DNA of 64,000 nucleotides, taken from the NCBI GenBank assembly GCA_964234715.1, contig OZ174275.1; one strand, 5' to 3'. Below the pieces are notes generated by a model, which worked only from the letters and a program-made list of their open reading frames with translations, had not been told where the DNA came from and searched no databases. This DNA is from Podarcis melisellensis (taxonomy: Eukaryota). Below are positions 47,700 through 60,400 of the stretch, piece after piece. Numbering within the stretch: the stretch's first letter is position 1; each line of letters begins with the position of its first letter. The position numbers were made by a program, and so were the translations under genes.

Positions 47700-49300
47700 C
47701 ACCACTCCCGGTGGCTGAGGGCGCATACACACCATTAGGCCACATTATTTCTGGCGAATTGCTCCAAAATTCCTCAGATTCTCCAGTCCCGCCTTTCCAG
47801 TCCACTATTCCACCCATGAGAATTCGCTTGGAGGGGTCGGAAAATTCACCTCAGCTGTGCAACCGAAGAGTAACTAAAAGCGATTTAAACGGCAACCTTT
47901 CCCTATCTACTTTCCTGGAAGTAAACCGTCGGAGCTCAACGGGTCATACTTCTGAGCCAGGCACTTATGGGATGGGAAACTATAGTGCCTCAAGGGACCT
48001 TAAGGAAAGGGGAAAAGCAAACATCCGCGATTTCCTTCTGTGGTACTTTAGGGAGGAGGATGCATACGGACTTGCCTAATTCAAAAGGCGCATCAAGGAA
48101 GGCGCAACTGCGCCCGCGCGCGCGTTTCCCGAGCTCAGCAGGATCCCAAGAGCCGTCTACAGAACTCCCGGGTGTGGGTGAGAGAGAAATAACTCTTATT
48201 TACAGACGGCGGTGCGAGAGCAGCAAAAGTAGGTCCACGCCTCCCTTAACAACTCGGGAAGCGCGCGATTATATGTAGCAGCACAAACCAATTTCCGCGT
48301 GGGCGGGCAAAGCTTTTTAGAGGATAAGCGATTCCGAATAATCCCTGGGGAGGTGGGAACCCCGACGGCAGGGAGGCACCTGCGCCCGGATGAGCACACC
48401 CGTCCGGGGACGGGGCCGTGTCCAGGAAAACAGCGAGCCGAGCGAGAGACAAGGGACTGAAGGAGAGTCGCCAAATCCCAGTCCGGAGAATGCACACGAT
48501 CCTTAATCCTGTCTCCGGTGCAAAAGAGAGACTCGAGAACCCCCGTCCCATAGGGGTTTGGATCCAGAGCCACTTAATGCAGGCAGCGATTCCCGGCCCC
48601 CCTCCCAAGAAAAAAAAATCCTCCAAGAGTTTAGTCACCCGATATTTTTTTAAAAACACAAAAAAACTGACCCGGGTTCCGTAAAGCCGTGCAAGCCGCT
48701 CCGGCGCTCAGCAGTTCGAGATCCACGCGACGAAAGACTCCGCTGAGATTAGAGCTGGCTAGGCAGGAAGCTCCCCGCCGAAGGAGGCTTTTAGGGAAAG
48801 AAGGGGGAAAGAAAGAGCGGGCGGGTCACCAACGCTCCGGGTAGGTGGAGACTCCGGAGCCGCAAGGAGGGGCCGCGGTCGGAGGAAGCGAAGCGGCTCT
48901 TCCCTCTTCCTAGTAATTATTAACCCAGAGCTACCTGGGCCGCCGCCGCCGCCACGCGCAGTTTCTCCTCTCCCGGGGAGGGCGCGCCACTAGGCCGGGC
49001 GGAGCGAGTCGGAGTTGCTGAGCTATAGCTCGGGGCAATGGCACCGCCCCGAAACTCCCGCTTGCCTTGCCCTCCCCGTGCCAGATTTAGGACAAGGTGG
49101 TGGAGGGGGGGAGACGCTCCCTTGGCCTGACCCTGTCGGTATCGGACTCGGAGGCACCTGCTAACGATCGCCTCCATATGGAACGCCACACCAAAAAAGG
49201 GGAACAAAGGTGATGTTTTTATATTGGGCCAAGCTTCCGTTAGTATAACAGTAGTACAGAAACTGCCGGGGTGTAGTAAACTAGCCGTAACGAACCATAT
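47700..49300 (-). promoter_or_regulatory. CpG island / main PLEKHG3 promoter with candidate non-coding first exon ending at 48935
   Basis: CpG-dense, non-repetitive stretch 5' of PLEKHG3; GC boxes near 48998 and 49044; minus-strand GCGGCGGCCCAG|gtagct donor at 48935, with an alternative CGG|gtcagt near 48671. Confidence 0.7.
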
Positions 49301-50269
49301 ATCAAACGTTATAATTTGTGGGTTGAATCCAGACTACGAATTTTTAACCATTATATGGGTTAATTGGCTTACCAATTACAGGACGCCTGTGTTGTCAACA
49401 ACTGTTTTGCGAGTTACCACAGCTAATTGCATGATTGCACTCTTCTGCATTTGCATTTGCTTTCACTCTAAACTCAGGGTGTATAATTACCCCCCTTCAA
49501 ACCATGTTGTACATATGTAACATTTCATGTATCTGGTTCAATGGATGGGGAGTCTTTGAAAACATATGCTGTAATAAATTTCTTAGCCTTTTAGGTGGCT
49601 AGAAAAAATCCTTGTTTTTGCTGCAAGAGACTTCGTCCGACGAACAATTGTCGATAAAAACTGGTTCTAGAAGAAATTTGTCAGACTTCACCTGTGCTGT
49701 CAATAATGGCAACACTGTAGATGGGCAGGGCTTTGAGTGAGGATAATAATGTGCTTGACCTTATGTCTGATCTGTATGTTATGGCTCTAGGTCTGTGGCT
49801 GGATATAGACTCTGTACAGTACATTCACTTGAATAAAGTATGTTTTTAAATAATTCTTCATTTAAAAATAAAAAGGAAACAGGATTTTAAAGTAAATCAC
49901 ATTAGAATCAGTGGGACTTTTTCCAGCCAAGCATTCTTAGGATTGGGCTGGATAATGTTATGTTTCAACAAGCATTTCCAAACTACAGTAATGTCACATA
50001 GACAAAGCAAACTGCTTTGGAAAACCTGTCACTTTTTATTTGACCATTTATACAATTTCAGCTAAGAGTGCTGAGTTAACTACTTCAATAGAAGACCAGA
50101 CTATTGATCTTGTAGTATTTATTTTAATTACAGCTGCCAGTTGCCACTTCACTCATTCACATCCATCTTTTGTTGTGTTTGGCACAAAACTCAGAGATGC
50201 CATGCCTGTCAAACAACGGATTCCACAGCTATGGAAGAAACAGAAAACTAAACCTATAACCAATGCTTA

Positions 50270-51370
50270 TAAATGCTTAATGGATTTTGGTAAGGCAGAA
50301 ATTCAGGAACTTAGAGAAGTGTGGGACAGTGAATTAGAAGATATTACACAGCCTAAACAATAGAATATTGCTTTAGAGTCTATACAGAGTATTTCCTTGG
50401 ATCTGAGATTGATTCAGGAAAAATTAATATTTTGAGTATATTGGACTCCACAACTTCTGTATAAGATTGTACTGTCTAGTCCAGAACGTTGTTGTAATGC
50501 TGAAAATTCCTCTTTAAGGCATATGATGTGAGCTTATCCAGTGGTCTGAAGTTGTTAAAAGGTAAAAGTAAAGGACCCCTGACAGTTATGTCCAGTCGCA
50601 AACGACTCTGGGGTTGCGATGCTCATCACGCTTTACTGGCCGAGGGAGCCGACGTTTGTCTGCAGACAGTTTTTCCGGGTCATGTGGCCAGCATGACTAA
50701 GCCGCTTCTCCAGAGCAGCACACGGAAACGCCATTTACCTTCCCGCCAGAGTGGTACATATTTACCTACTTGCACTTTGACGTGCTTTCGAACTGCTAGG
50801 TTGGCAGGAGCTGGGACTGAGTGATGGGAGCTCACCCCATCACGGGGGTTCGAACTGCCAACCTTTCAATTGGAAAGTTGTTACTCGCCTCAATTTTGTA
50901 TTTGCAAAATCATTTATATTTGCTGACATTTATATACTTTTTAATTATGTCCCTATAATATGAGGTTTAATGGATGGACAAAAGTAGGTTTTGCAAGCCT
51001 TTATGGTGGTTAAGAGATTTATATTTCAAGCCTGGAAGGATAAACACCTACTGCCAAATACACAATGGTCTGAGGACGTCACTGCCCAGCTACATGAACA
51101 TATTTCATATAGGCATCAGTTTCAGTTTTGGACATCTGGAGGGCTTATATTGATGTATACGTTTAATTTAAGATTTATTTATTGATGGTCACTGTATCCA
51201 TAATGTGAACTGATGGTGGTTTCTGTTACTGTTACTACTACTAATAACAATAATAATAACAATAATTTGTTATCATGTTGGTGTTTTGTGTTCTCTTTCC
51301 TCTTTCATTTTATTTCCTCTTTTTCCATTTCCTTTTCCTTGTAAAATCTGCAAATTAAAATAAAGAAAGA
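50270..51370 (+). mobile_element. Degenerate L1/Tx1-like LINE 3' fragment, interrupted by the Sauria SINE
   Basis: Translation IQEKLIF*VYWTPQLLYK..RCCNAENSSLRHMM*AYPVV resembles the ORF2 C-terminal zinc-knuckle region; continues as QAFMVVKRFIFQAWKD after the SINE; A-rich tail near 51360; borders approximate. Confidence 0.65.
50558..50874 (-). mobile_element. Sauria SINE (5'-truncated) with 9-bp TSD
   Basis: ACCTTT-type tail, body gggtcatgtggccagcatgact, B-box GTTCGAACCC on minus strand; TSD AAGTTGTTA at 50549-50557 and 50875-50883. Confidence 0.88.
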
Positions 51371-53324
51371 AATGCCATGAGATAAACAGGTAAACATTTT
51401 ATGACTGAATACTTAGCTTTCCCTGTCAGTGGTAGCAATTTGCAGTCATCTTAAATAAAGCACATAACATGTATAGGTAGGCAGGCCTGATTCTAAGTTG
51501 GTGTTACTCAAACATTTCAGCTGCCCTCAGAGATCAAATATGGGTTGCAGATTTTTTTTTAATGAACATCGGTCACTGTTTACACAACAGAAAGGGAGGA
51601 GCTAGAGGGGGGTTCATTCCTGAGGACATCTGTGATTGGCACGAGATTTGTCTGAATCTATCAAGTAAGGCTTATTGTAAGTAGCAAAGCAATTTCATCC
51701 AATGCAACTATCTAAGAAATCTTTATGCACAATAAGACCTCTCCTTTGTGATTATGGTTATACACTGAAAATTAATAAAACTTCTTATTAACAAATAAAT
51801 TAAAAACACCTCTCCTATGAAGTGCTTCTGTGGTAACATACATTGAAATAAATTATTCCCAGAGACTCATGTGCAACCCTGCATTGAACCTAAGGGAGGC
51901 TGATGCTGGCCCTGTCTAGTGTTTTACCCTGGATGCACAGCTATTAGCCATTATAGCTAAATAGAACCTCCATGCACTGAGACAGTATATCTTTTCATAC
52001 TGCATGGGGATGGCCATCAATTTTATGCTCTGCTGGTAGACTTCCAGAGGCATTTGGCTGGCTGCTGTTGGACGAATAATGCTTATTTAGATGTGCAGTG
52101 ATCTGATCAGGCATGCTAGGATGTGTAGACAAAAGTATGAGAATAAAAATGTGAAAATAATTCATGCAGTACAATATATACGTGCAATATTTTAGGAAAT
52201 AACAAGAGGCCAGGGTATGCACCATGACACTATATGATTGCATGTGGAATTATTTGAGCCAAAGTAGGATGCTTGATGCCTTTTTTAAAGCTTGACTGAG
52301 TTTTCATGCGCATGTAACAAGCTGCAATCTACAGAGCTGCAAACTACTAAATGTAATGGCAAATATGCCAGGAAGGCAAATATATCTTCCAGATACCCAA
52401 AACATGACCCAAAATACAACCAACCAGACGCAAGTTGCAGCATTGTAGGTGTCAGGCACCCATAATTTCTGGATTTAGTAAGTGTTAGAATGCAATCAGT
52501 GTTTGGAGAGTTAAACTGGTAGATACACTCTTAATAGCTGGATTCATCTTCCCTTGATCAGGCCAGCCTGATAATGGCTGAGTCATTAAACAAACAAAGA
52601 CAGGGTGATGACCCATCAAGAATGCCATAAGCAAAGCTCTGGGTTAACTAGAAGAACAAAGGCTAGTAGCATAGTTCAGGTTAGCAGTTTTTGCTTGATG
52701 TGAGTTGGAGGGAAATCGTTCCAATCTGTAAGCAGCAATGCAACAGAGAAGCAATATTAGTGGGGTGGGAGAGGTGAGAATAATGTCAATATATTTTTAT
52801 GGTAAGCGTTGCAGGAGGTAGCCTAGATGATCCTTGGGGTCCCTTCTAGCTCTACCATTCTATGATATGGAGGGGGGCTCTCCCACCTCACTATATAGAT
52901 GGCTGCCTAGTACAGGGTTAGGAGTGATACAATGTAGGAGTAAAGCAACAGATTAGAGACAGAGAACCCGATGGCTGGCATCCTTTAGAATCCAGGGCTG
53001 CACCTAGGATAGAAACAAAAACCTCTGGGGGTGTAACGTTGTGCACCCTTCCATCATAGGCTCAGGTTGTATATGTGTGTAAATAAACCATATATCATAA
53101 AGACACCACAGTCTCTTCTGTGTCTCATTGTCCAAAAAGGAAACACAAACACAGGATAAAACATGCCTGGAACTCCCTGGAATCTCACACGGCTGTGAAG
53201 TTTGTGGGTGGTGTTTAACAATGCGTTAACAGGCATGCCCCTTGGGGGAAATAGTATATCTGCCCCACCCACCCCACCAGCTTGTTCACTTCTACAGCTT
53301 CTTTTCAAGAATGTGGAGTTGTGA

Positions 53325-53490
53325 ACCAAGATGGAAGGATATTAGGTAGGACCTGAGAGACAAAGATTAAAATCCTCCTCAGCCATGAAGATCCCTGGGC
53401 CAGTCACTGTTGCTCAGCCTAGCCTCCCTCACAGAGTTGTTGTAAGGATAAATTGGGGAGTGGAAGAACCCTGAGCTCCTTAGAGGAAAG
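53325..53490 (+). mobile_element. MIR/CORE-like SINE remnant
   Basis: tcagccatgaag..gggccagtcact..ctcagcctagcctccctcacagagttgttgtaaggataaa resembles the CORE-SINE body. Confidence 0.55.
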
Positions 53491-55329
53491 CTAAAAGCTC
53501 ACATAAATAGGTATATAACAAGCAAAAAGTTAGTAGGTGAGGGGCCCCCATTACCTGAGTATAAGCCTCCTTGAATACACATGCATAGGATTGGGCAGTG
53601 ACAGGGAGGTTTCAAGAGTGGGAACCCTGATTCATAAGTGAGCATCCCTTCTCACTAGGTAGGGGGCAGGGCAGCAGGAGACAGCCCCAGACACACCATA
53701 ATTGCTTCCCCCATCTACCCAATACTACCCAGGAAGAAACAGTGGCGGGGGGGGGGAGAGGACTTGAGGTTAAAGAGGCAATGCAAACCCCGCTGTTTCA
53801 GATTCTGCATCTCTGAAGGTGACTCAGTTGGAAGGTATCTCCTGCAGCCATCAGATAACTTTATGCATGCATGCAGTGTCCAAAATTCCCATTGTTCTAG
53901 GTGCATTTTGCAACAGGGAATTTCTTAGTACTGTGTCTAAGATTTCAGATTAAAACTGCAGAGTAGAAGGAAACAAGGACCTTCCAGCTACAAGGACTTC
54001 CAGCTACTCTGAAGATTGGAGAAGAGACCCTCTTAAGAACATTAAGGGGGTGGACAGGGGAAGGACTAGGCCATACGAAAAATGAACAAGCTGCAGTTCA
54101 TTCATTTCCAGATTTGTATTCTTGTTATAAAAAAGTGAGCCTAGACATTCCATTGTTGCCCCCATAACCTTGGTTTAAGGTGCCATTTACCTCCTAGCTT
54201 CCATATCTCAGTTTCTAACGCTATCTGCTTGTGCCCATTCATCAGGACCAGCAGAATGGTTGTCAGAGAGAAAAAGCTGAAATGCTGTAGGGCAAACTAT
54301 GTGTGCCATTGGCACCTCAGCTTCCTTTGTAGACCTGATTTCCTAAATTTCCCATTAGTCCAATGGATAGTCGGGCCTTGAGAAGCATGGAACTAGAAAG
54401 GGTTGGTCAGGTACAGAGATAGGCAGTGGGAAGGTTGCCTTTGCCTCTCCCTGAGGATATGTGAAATACAGGTGGGTCCGCTTAGAAGATGTCCTGGTCC
54501 ACCATTGTGTCTCTGTTCCAGCCCAGGGCCTGTTCTAGCTAGTGCCTACGTTCCCAGAAGCAGGCCTTCGTCAGCCACCTGACTGGCACAATAATGCTGC
54601 CATTCTGCATAGGAAGACAGGATGCATTGTACAGCCACAGCCGCCTAAGAGCTGTTCATGCAGCTCTTCTGCCTGAAAGGAAGTATTGTTTGAGATGACC
54701 CAGCCCTTCAACCTCTTCCCAACACCAGGGAGGCAGAGCTGCTCCCAGCAGACAGAACAGCGCCATTCAGAGTCCTCCACATCTCCATCCCACAGCTGCT
54801 GGTGGCCCTGCCCTCTCTTGGTGCTGTGAGGCCCTAGAACAACAAGGACTTAGGGAGGCAGGGCAGGCTGGACCTTGCCACTGAAAGCTGCACCTTCAGC
54901 CATGGAACACACAGCAGAAGGAAGGGGGATGAAATAATCTAAGTGCCAGCTGCTGGTTCTGTTCCCAGTTCCAGCGAGAGATTATTATTGTCAGGACTGA
55001 GGGATTGCACTGGTTCATGGTAGTGCTGTATGGAAAGTTTAGGGACCACCCAGAACCAAAACCTTGTTCTGAGAAACAACTCCCAAAATAGCAGAAGATA
55101 AGCATTGGGTAAGGTGGGGAAACTGCTTTTAATTGAATTTTATAGTTATTTAATAACAAACAAGGCAACCAAAAACAAACAACACTTGTTTGCTAATTAC
55201 AGGGGGTTTTATCAGCACAATATATTTCCACATGTATCATGTTGAAAAATGGAGATAACCTTGTCACAAAGTTGGATTAGTCACCAGAGGGCAAGGAGGA
55301 TGTCCATTTATTAATACAGCTAATAAATG

Positions 55330-55900
55330 GAAACCATATAAAATAGTATCAAAATGTTCCCTTTTTTGCTTTACCTTGAATAACCCCTCTATCCTGTGTG
55401 AAGCACTCAAGCAGTGCTACATGATCCCATATTTTAACATACGAACCGTGTTTTGTAGGTGTATTCCCTTTCCAACAGCCTGTTAATTCTACTTGAGCCA
55501 CTGCCAATAACACTGCTAGTAATTTGTTATGCTTAATTTCCTCATTAAGCTCACTTTTGATTGACTAGAGTGCCAACACTGGTCTAACTGAAGCTTTTTG
55601 CTAGTAATCTTAACCAGCTCTAAGAACGCATCCTCTGAAAACTTGTTTGCAAAAGGACAGCTCCACCACATGTAGAATAGTGATTCTCTCTCAGCACATC
55701 CCCAACTGCATGATGGAAACACTTATTTGCCATGTAGGGCAGTTTTAGAGGAATCCTAAAAGGTGGCTTCCTGGATTCTCACAAAGATAGTGTATAAACT
55801 GGGAGGGGGAGTTAGTCCACACACTATCTGATTCACTATCTTCAAACTCTCTAAAATCATTCTTCCACACCTTCTTAATGTCATCTGTCATGCCCATTAC
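55330..55900 (-). mobile_element. Degenerate L1-like LINE fragment
   Basis: Minus translation PSCSWGCAERESLFYMWWSCP resembles the L1 ORF2 cysteine knuckle; borders approximate. Confidence 0.55.
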
Positions 55901-56965
55901 ATGCTGTTAGGGAGGATAACTTTTGGCAATAACCATGCCAATGGGAGCTATGTTGCAGGTGAACATATCCCAGGCTGGCTGCTTGTTCCTTTGAACAGAG
56001 CAAACAGCAGGTTGACAGAAACACTGGCAGAAAACAATATTGGAAGAAGTGCTCTAGAACACTAATAGAACAGTAGAATGAATGGGAATCTAAATTTCTG
56101 CCTTTCTATCACCAACTGGCTGATTTACAGCACTTCCTGATTTACACTGCTATCATGTAGATTTCTCAGAAATGTTCCTAAAAACATAGGATTACCAAGG
56201 ATACAGAGGTCACACCTAAGATGTATTAGAAAGCCAATATGTCCTGCTGAACATATTTAGCAACAGGCATTGTCCTTAATGCTCAGTCACAGCAAACATG
56301 GGGAGAAGGTTGGATGGTTGTGGAGGTGGATCGGGGCAACTGTTCAGGCCCTCAGCTTTGTTGCCCCATGCCTGGCACAGACGGCCATGGCAGGCAGCAC
56401 CACTGCGGGTCCAGCCCTACTGCTTATTACCCACCCTGCAAAAATACCCTTCCTCCATCAAAACTCTCTCTTTGAATTCTAAAATATATTTGAATATTTT
56501 TAATAAAAAAATAACTGCTTAACTTTGGCTGGATTGTGCCCTACCATTTTGTGACCTAAATAAACTATAGCAAACTTTAGAGAGGAAATGAATGTTCCTC
56601 TTCTCTGCCGTCATAGGTAACTCAAGGGCCTCTTTTTTGCAAATGTCCTAAATTACCTGAGTTGCTCCTTTTCCCATGTAGTTTTTTTTTAAAAATTACA
56701 GTATAACAATAAAACAACATTGAAACGCTTATTACAGTGAGAAACTGTGATACTTCTAACAACAATGCTTCTATGCAGACTTGCATTGGTTACATTAAGG
56801 TGGAATACAAAAAATGCCATAATCAGGTGTCTCGCCACACCTTGCAAATTAACATAGGGAAGGAACGGGACCCGCGTCTCCGTGAAGCCATCTGCTTGCA
56901 TTTCCCCCTTCGCTAGCTTACACCACTGAATTCATTTTTCATCCAAGTCTGCCTGGCTGCCACTC

Positions 56966-57087
56966 TTTGCCAACCTGGTTCTTCCCAGAGGTCTTGGACT
57001 ACAACTCCCATCAGGCCCAGCCAGCAGATGTTTCGACAGGAAATGCAGTCCAAAACATCTGGAGGGGCGCCAGGTTGGGCAAACCTG
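56966..57087. mobile_element. Short palindromic MITE (hAT-like) of the GGACTACAACTCCCATC family; related copies at ~13025-13180, 18240-18340, 19100-19180, 22440-22565, 24835-24965, 47155-47280
   Basis: Inverted ends tttgccaacctgg / ccaggttgggcaaa and the shared core ggactacaactcccatc recur across the window; superfamily assignment is inference. Confidence 0.65.
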
Positions 57088-57327
57088 CTCCATAAAATGC
57101 CCCTTCCCTGTTGCGCCTGGTCTAACTGAAGCGCGGGCCGGGTCTAACTGGACGGGCGTCTGGCTGCGCTCCTTGCCCAGCAGTCGCTCCATCTAGCCCT
57201 TCGCAGGACAGAGACCCCTCAGGCCACCTCTGCTTCCCATGATTCACCGCGAAAGCAGGCTCGGTTCGGCCGCGCCCCCTTCCCACTATCCCGTGATCCA
57301 CTGCGGCTCCGCGCGCGGGAAGGGAAG

Positions 57328-57430
57328 ATGGCGGCGGCTGTCGGGCTCCCGGAGCGCGGATATTTGGAGCTGGTGGGCGCTGAGCGGGGAGCGCGGCGCC
57401 GGGTTCGCGAGCTCGTGTTCAGCCTCCCAG
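57328..57430 (+). CDS. NUP160: NUP160 exon 1
   Basis: aagATGGCG Kozak; CCA G|gtagag; MAAAVGLPERGYLELVGAERGARRRVRELVFSLP. Confidence 0.9.
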
Positions 57431-60400
57431 GTAGAGGCGCCCGGCCAGGGAGCGGGCGGCGGACGTGGGTTGCTGGGCGGGTGTCATTGCTGTTGCACGC
57501 ATGGTAAAAGTCACGCTGCTGCTGCTGCCTGCCTGGCTGACGTGCCTCCTTTGCCTTGTCCCTTGCAGGCGGCGGCTCGTCCCTCACGCCCGTTCGCTAC
57601 GCCGACAGCGCCGGAGGATTCTGGTACCAAGAAAACGCGCAGCTGGGGTCTGTGACCAGGAACCGCTTCATCCACTGGTGAGTGGTCCGAGGACGTGGCC
57701 TTGCTTCTGCAGCCCACCCGCCAGTCAGTGCAACGGATCGGATCCTGCCCTCTCACTCCAATGGGAGAGGTTGGGAAGAGTGAAGAGGAGCTGCCCTCCG
57801 CTTCCCCTTCAGGCATCTTCTTCTGACGCCTGATCCCGTTTAGCATGTGACTAGGGTAATATACCCAAATAAACCAGATGATCTTTTTCTTTTGGTTTTG
57901 ATCTGTTATTCACTAGTGAAGTGTTTTGAGCCGTTGGCTCTTCCAGAGCAGAACTAAAGCAAGCTAACAGTTTAAAATGCCTTTTTTAACCTAGTGCAGT
58001 TATGAACAGAATGGTAGGACAGCACCAGTTGTAGCTCTGTGGGAAGAGAATTCTAAAGCTGGGGTGTATCCTAAGGAAAGCATGCAGAGGAAAGGTCCAC
58101 AGCCAAAAATGTTAAGGCATTAAAATGAATGACAGGTGACTTGAGCAGTAATTGACAGTAATCTTCGATAATAACTGTATGTGACAGCAAAATGGCCATT
58201 GAATTTGAAATTGGAGAGTTCTGTGAATGGGTACCTCAGTAGGGCATGGAAGATTGTGTGAATTACAGTTAGGGCATGGGGATGCAGTTTGAAGAAACAG
58301 CTGCATGATTATGTAGGAAGTGAGAAGGACGAATTAGCAAATGAAGCTGTATTGAGGAGCAAAGGCCCACAAAATTCCTTGAACCACACTATAGAACTAT
58401 TGTGTTGTACTGCTGTCTTGGTGAAATACAGGGCTAGGTCAACAGGAAGCTATGCATCTAACCATGGAGCTCAATAGCCTCACACAATTACGTTCCCAAT
58501 GTGTCTATCTCTGCCTCCTGGCAACTCCTCCAGCTGTTTGTGCCTTTTGGCACTAGGTTCATTCCCAGTCTTGTATAGTTATTCTAATATTCCCCGTTCT
58601 GGCTTTGTGAAGGGGGAGAAGATTAAAGTGATGTTGAATCTCATAGTTGTATTTTGTGTTTGTCTGCTGCAGTATTAAAATAGCTTGATTGAGATGTTTT
58701 ACTTCGATTGTGCTGTATACCTTCCTGGACTTCCAGAAGAGGAAGGGCAACCTACAGCTTTTCCTCCTTGTGTACCACTGCATACTGGTGTGCACTGCAT
58801 GCTCTTTGTATGTTTTCAAAATCTAAGGCATATAGAAATACAGGTAGCACATATATCTGACTCTTGAGATTTGCTTCTTGGTGCCATTGTCTTTCCACCA
58901 TGCAAATACTGGGTTGAATTGTACTCTGTAAACCTATAATTCCTATATATGTATTTACTTGTTTTCTTTTGCAGGGCTACGTCAGGTGCAACCTTGGAAC
59001 TGGTAGAGGAATCCCTTGATATAAACCTTTTGAACAATGCTGTTCAGCTCAAATTTCAGAATTGTAGCCTCTTACCTGGAGGAGTACATATATTTGAGAC
59101 CCAGAATAATGTTGTTATCTTGATTTCAACCAATCAGACAGTACATAGGTTGATTTTACCACACCCCACTCGGATGTATAGGAGTGTAAGTAACATTTTT
59201 TTCAAAAATTCTAAGAGCGTGAATTAACACACAAGCAAATTTACAATACACAGACAACGCTATCATTTTGGATTGTGATCGCATATACTGTATAACATAT
59301 TCAGTTCAAGTAATACACCATACTATGATTTGGAGTGTCAGAAGCAAGCCCCAGGCTTGTCTCTCACCTTGTGTTTAGATTCTTTCTTATTTAGTATTAA
59401 TCATAGATGATTGTGATGTCTGAACTGGAAAACTATGGCTAACCCTTGAACCCAACTCATTCATGGTGTAAGGGTTGATTCTGGTTTGAAGGGCAATCAC
59501 TAACTGCAGGTTGCTGATTTGTACATATGGTTTTATAGATTCTGAACTGACCCTTTCTGGGAATGGGCTGTGAAATATTCTGTAATTTATTTATTTTTTA
59601 ATGTATTTTTTTGGCCACATGTTTGGTTGCATTTTTTATATAGAAAATTAAAGAAAATCTAATTTTCAAATGTTTTTATTGTTGCAAATTTATGTTGAAC
59701 AATTTGCTGGGTATAATTTTGGTATGGAGCAAAACATATAGATAGTGCACAGTAATCTTGTCTAAGATAAAATGCACTGAGAAGGGTGATAGGTCATTGA
59801 CAGAGCCCTTGTTGGCATGCCTCAGGTCTTGGCTCAAATCCCTGGTGTCTCCCATTAAAAGAATTACAGGAGCAGATCATGTAAAAGTCCTGTTCCTGAG
59901 ATCTTAGAGAGCCACCAAAATACCCAATACTGGATTAGCTGAACAATCTGACATGGTATAAGGCAGCTTCCTAAGTTCCTTTGATTGCTCTAAAGAAACT
60001 GTTTTTGTCTAATGTTTCCTTTGATACCATTTTTCAGACACTTCTAGGTCATATGTTACAAGACGAATTTGAATAGAAAAGGCATTTCCTATTTGACTTT
60101 TCCATGTTCATACTTCAAATTTATATTTCTTATTGATAACTCAGCTTATTGGGGATTTTCTTAATAGGAGCTGATCACAGAAAGTCATGTACAGTCAGTT
60201 TTCACAGATGTTGGAAAAGTTCATTTAAGAGATCCTTTTAACTATTGCGTGATTCCTGCAATCCCTGGTCTGTCAACTCATTCCACTGCTTCAGCAGCTT
60301 GGCTTACCAGTGATGGAGGAGCACTTTTTGCTTTGCCATCTGCATCTGGTGGGATTTTTGTCCTTAATCTGCCACCTCACAATACTCATGGTAAGTACAG

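Larger units (their letters stand above)
57100..57850 (+). promoter_or_regulatory. CpG island / NUP160 promoter
   Basis: CpG-dense region over exons 1-2; two ZNF143/Staf-like sites (57233-57251, 57287-57305), E2F-like GCGCGGGAA, YY1 motif AAGATGGCGGC over the start codon. Confidence 0.8.

Noticed and set aside
52483-53231. Possible solo LTR (TGTTA..TAACA with TATA and AATAAA)
   Set aside because: No matching target-site duplication and borders uncertain; the same applies to an LTR-like block at ~26620-27180.
54400-55100. GC-richer intergenic block with splice-like motifs
   Set aside because: No frame gave a recognisable protein or a consistent exon chain.
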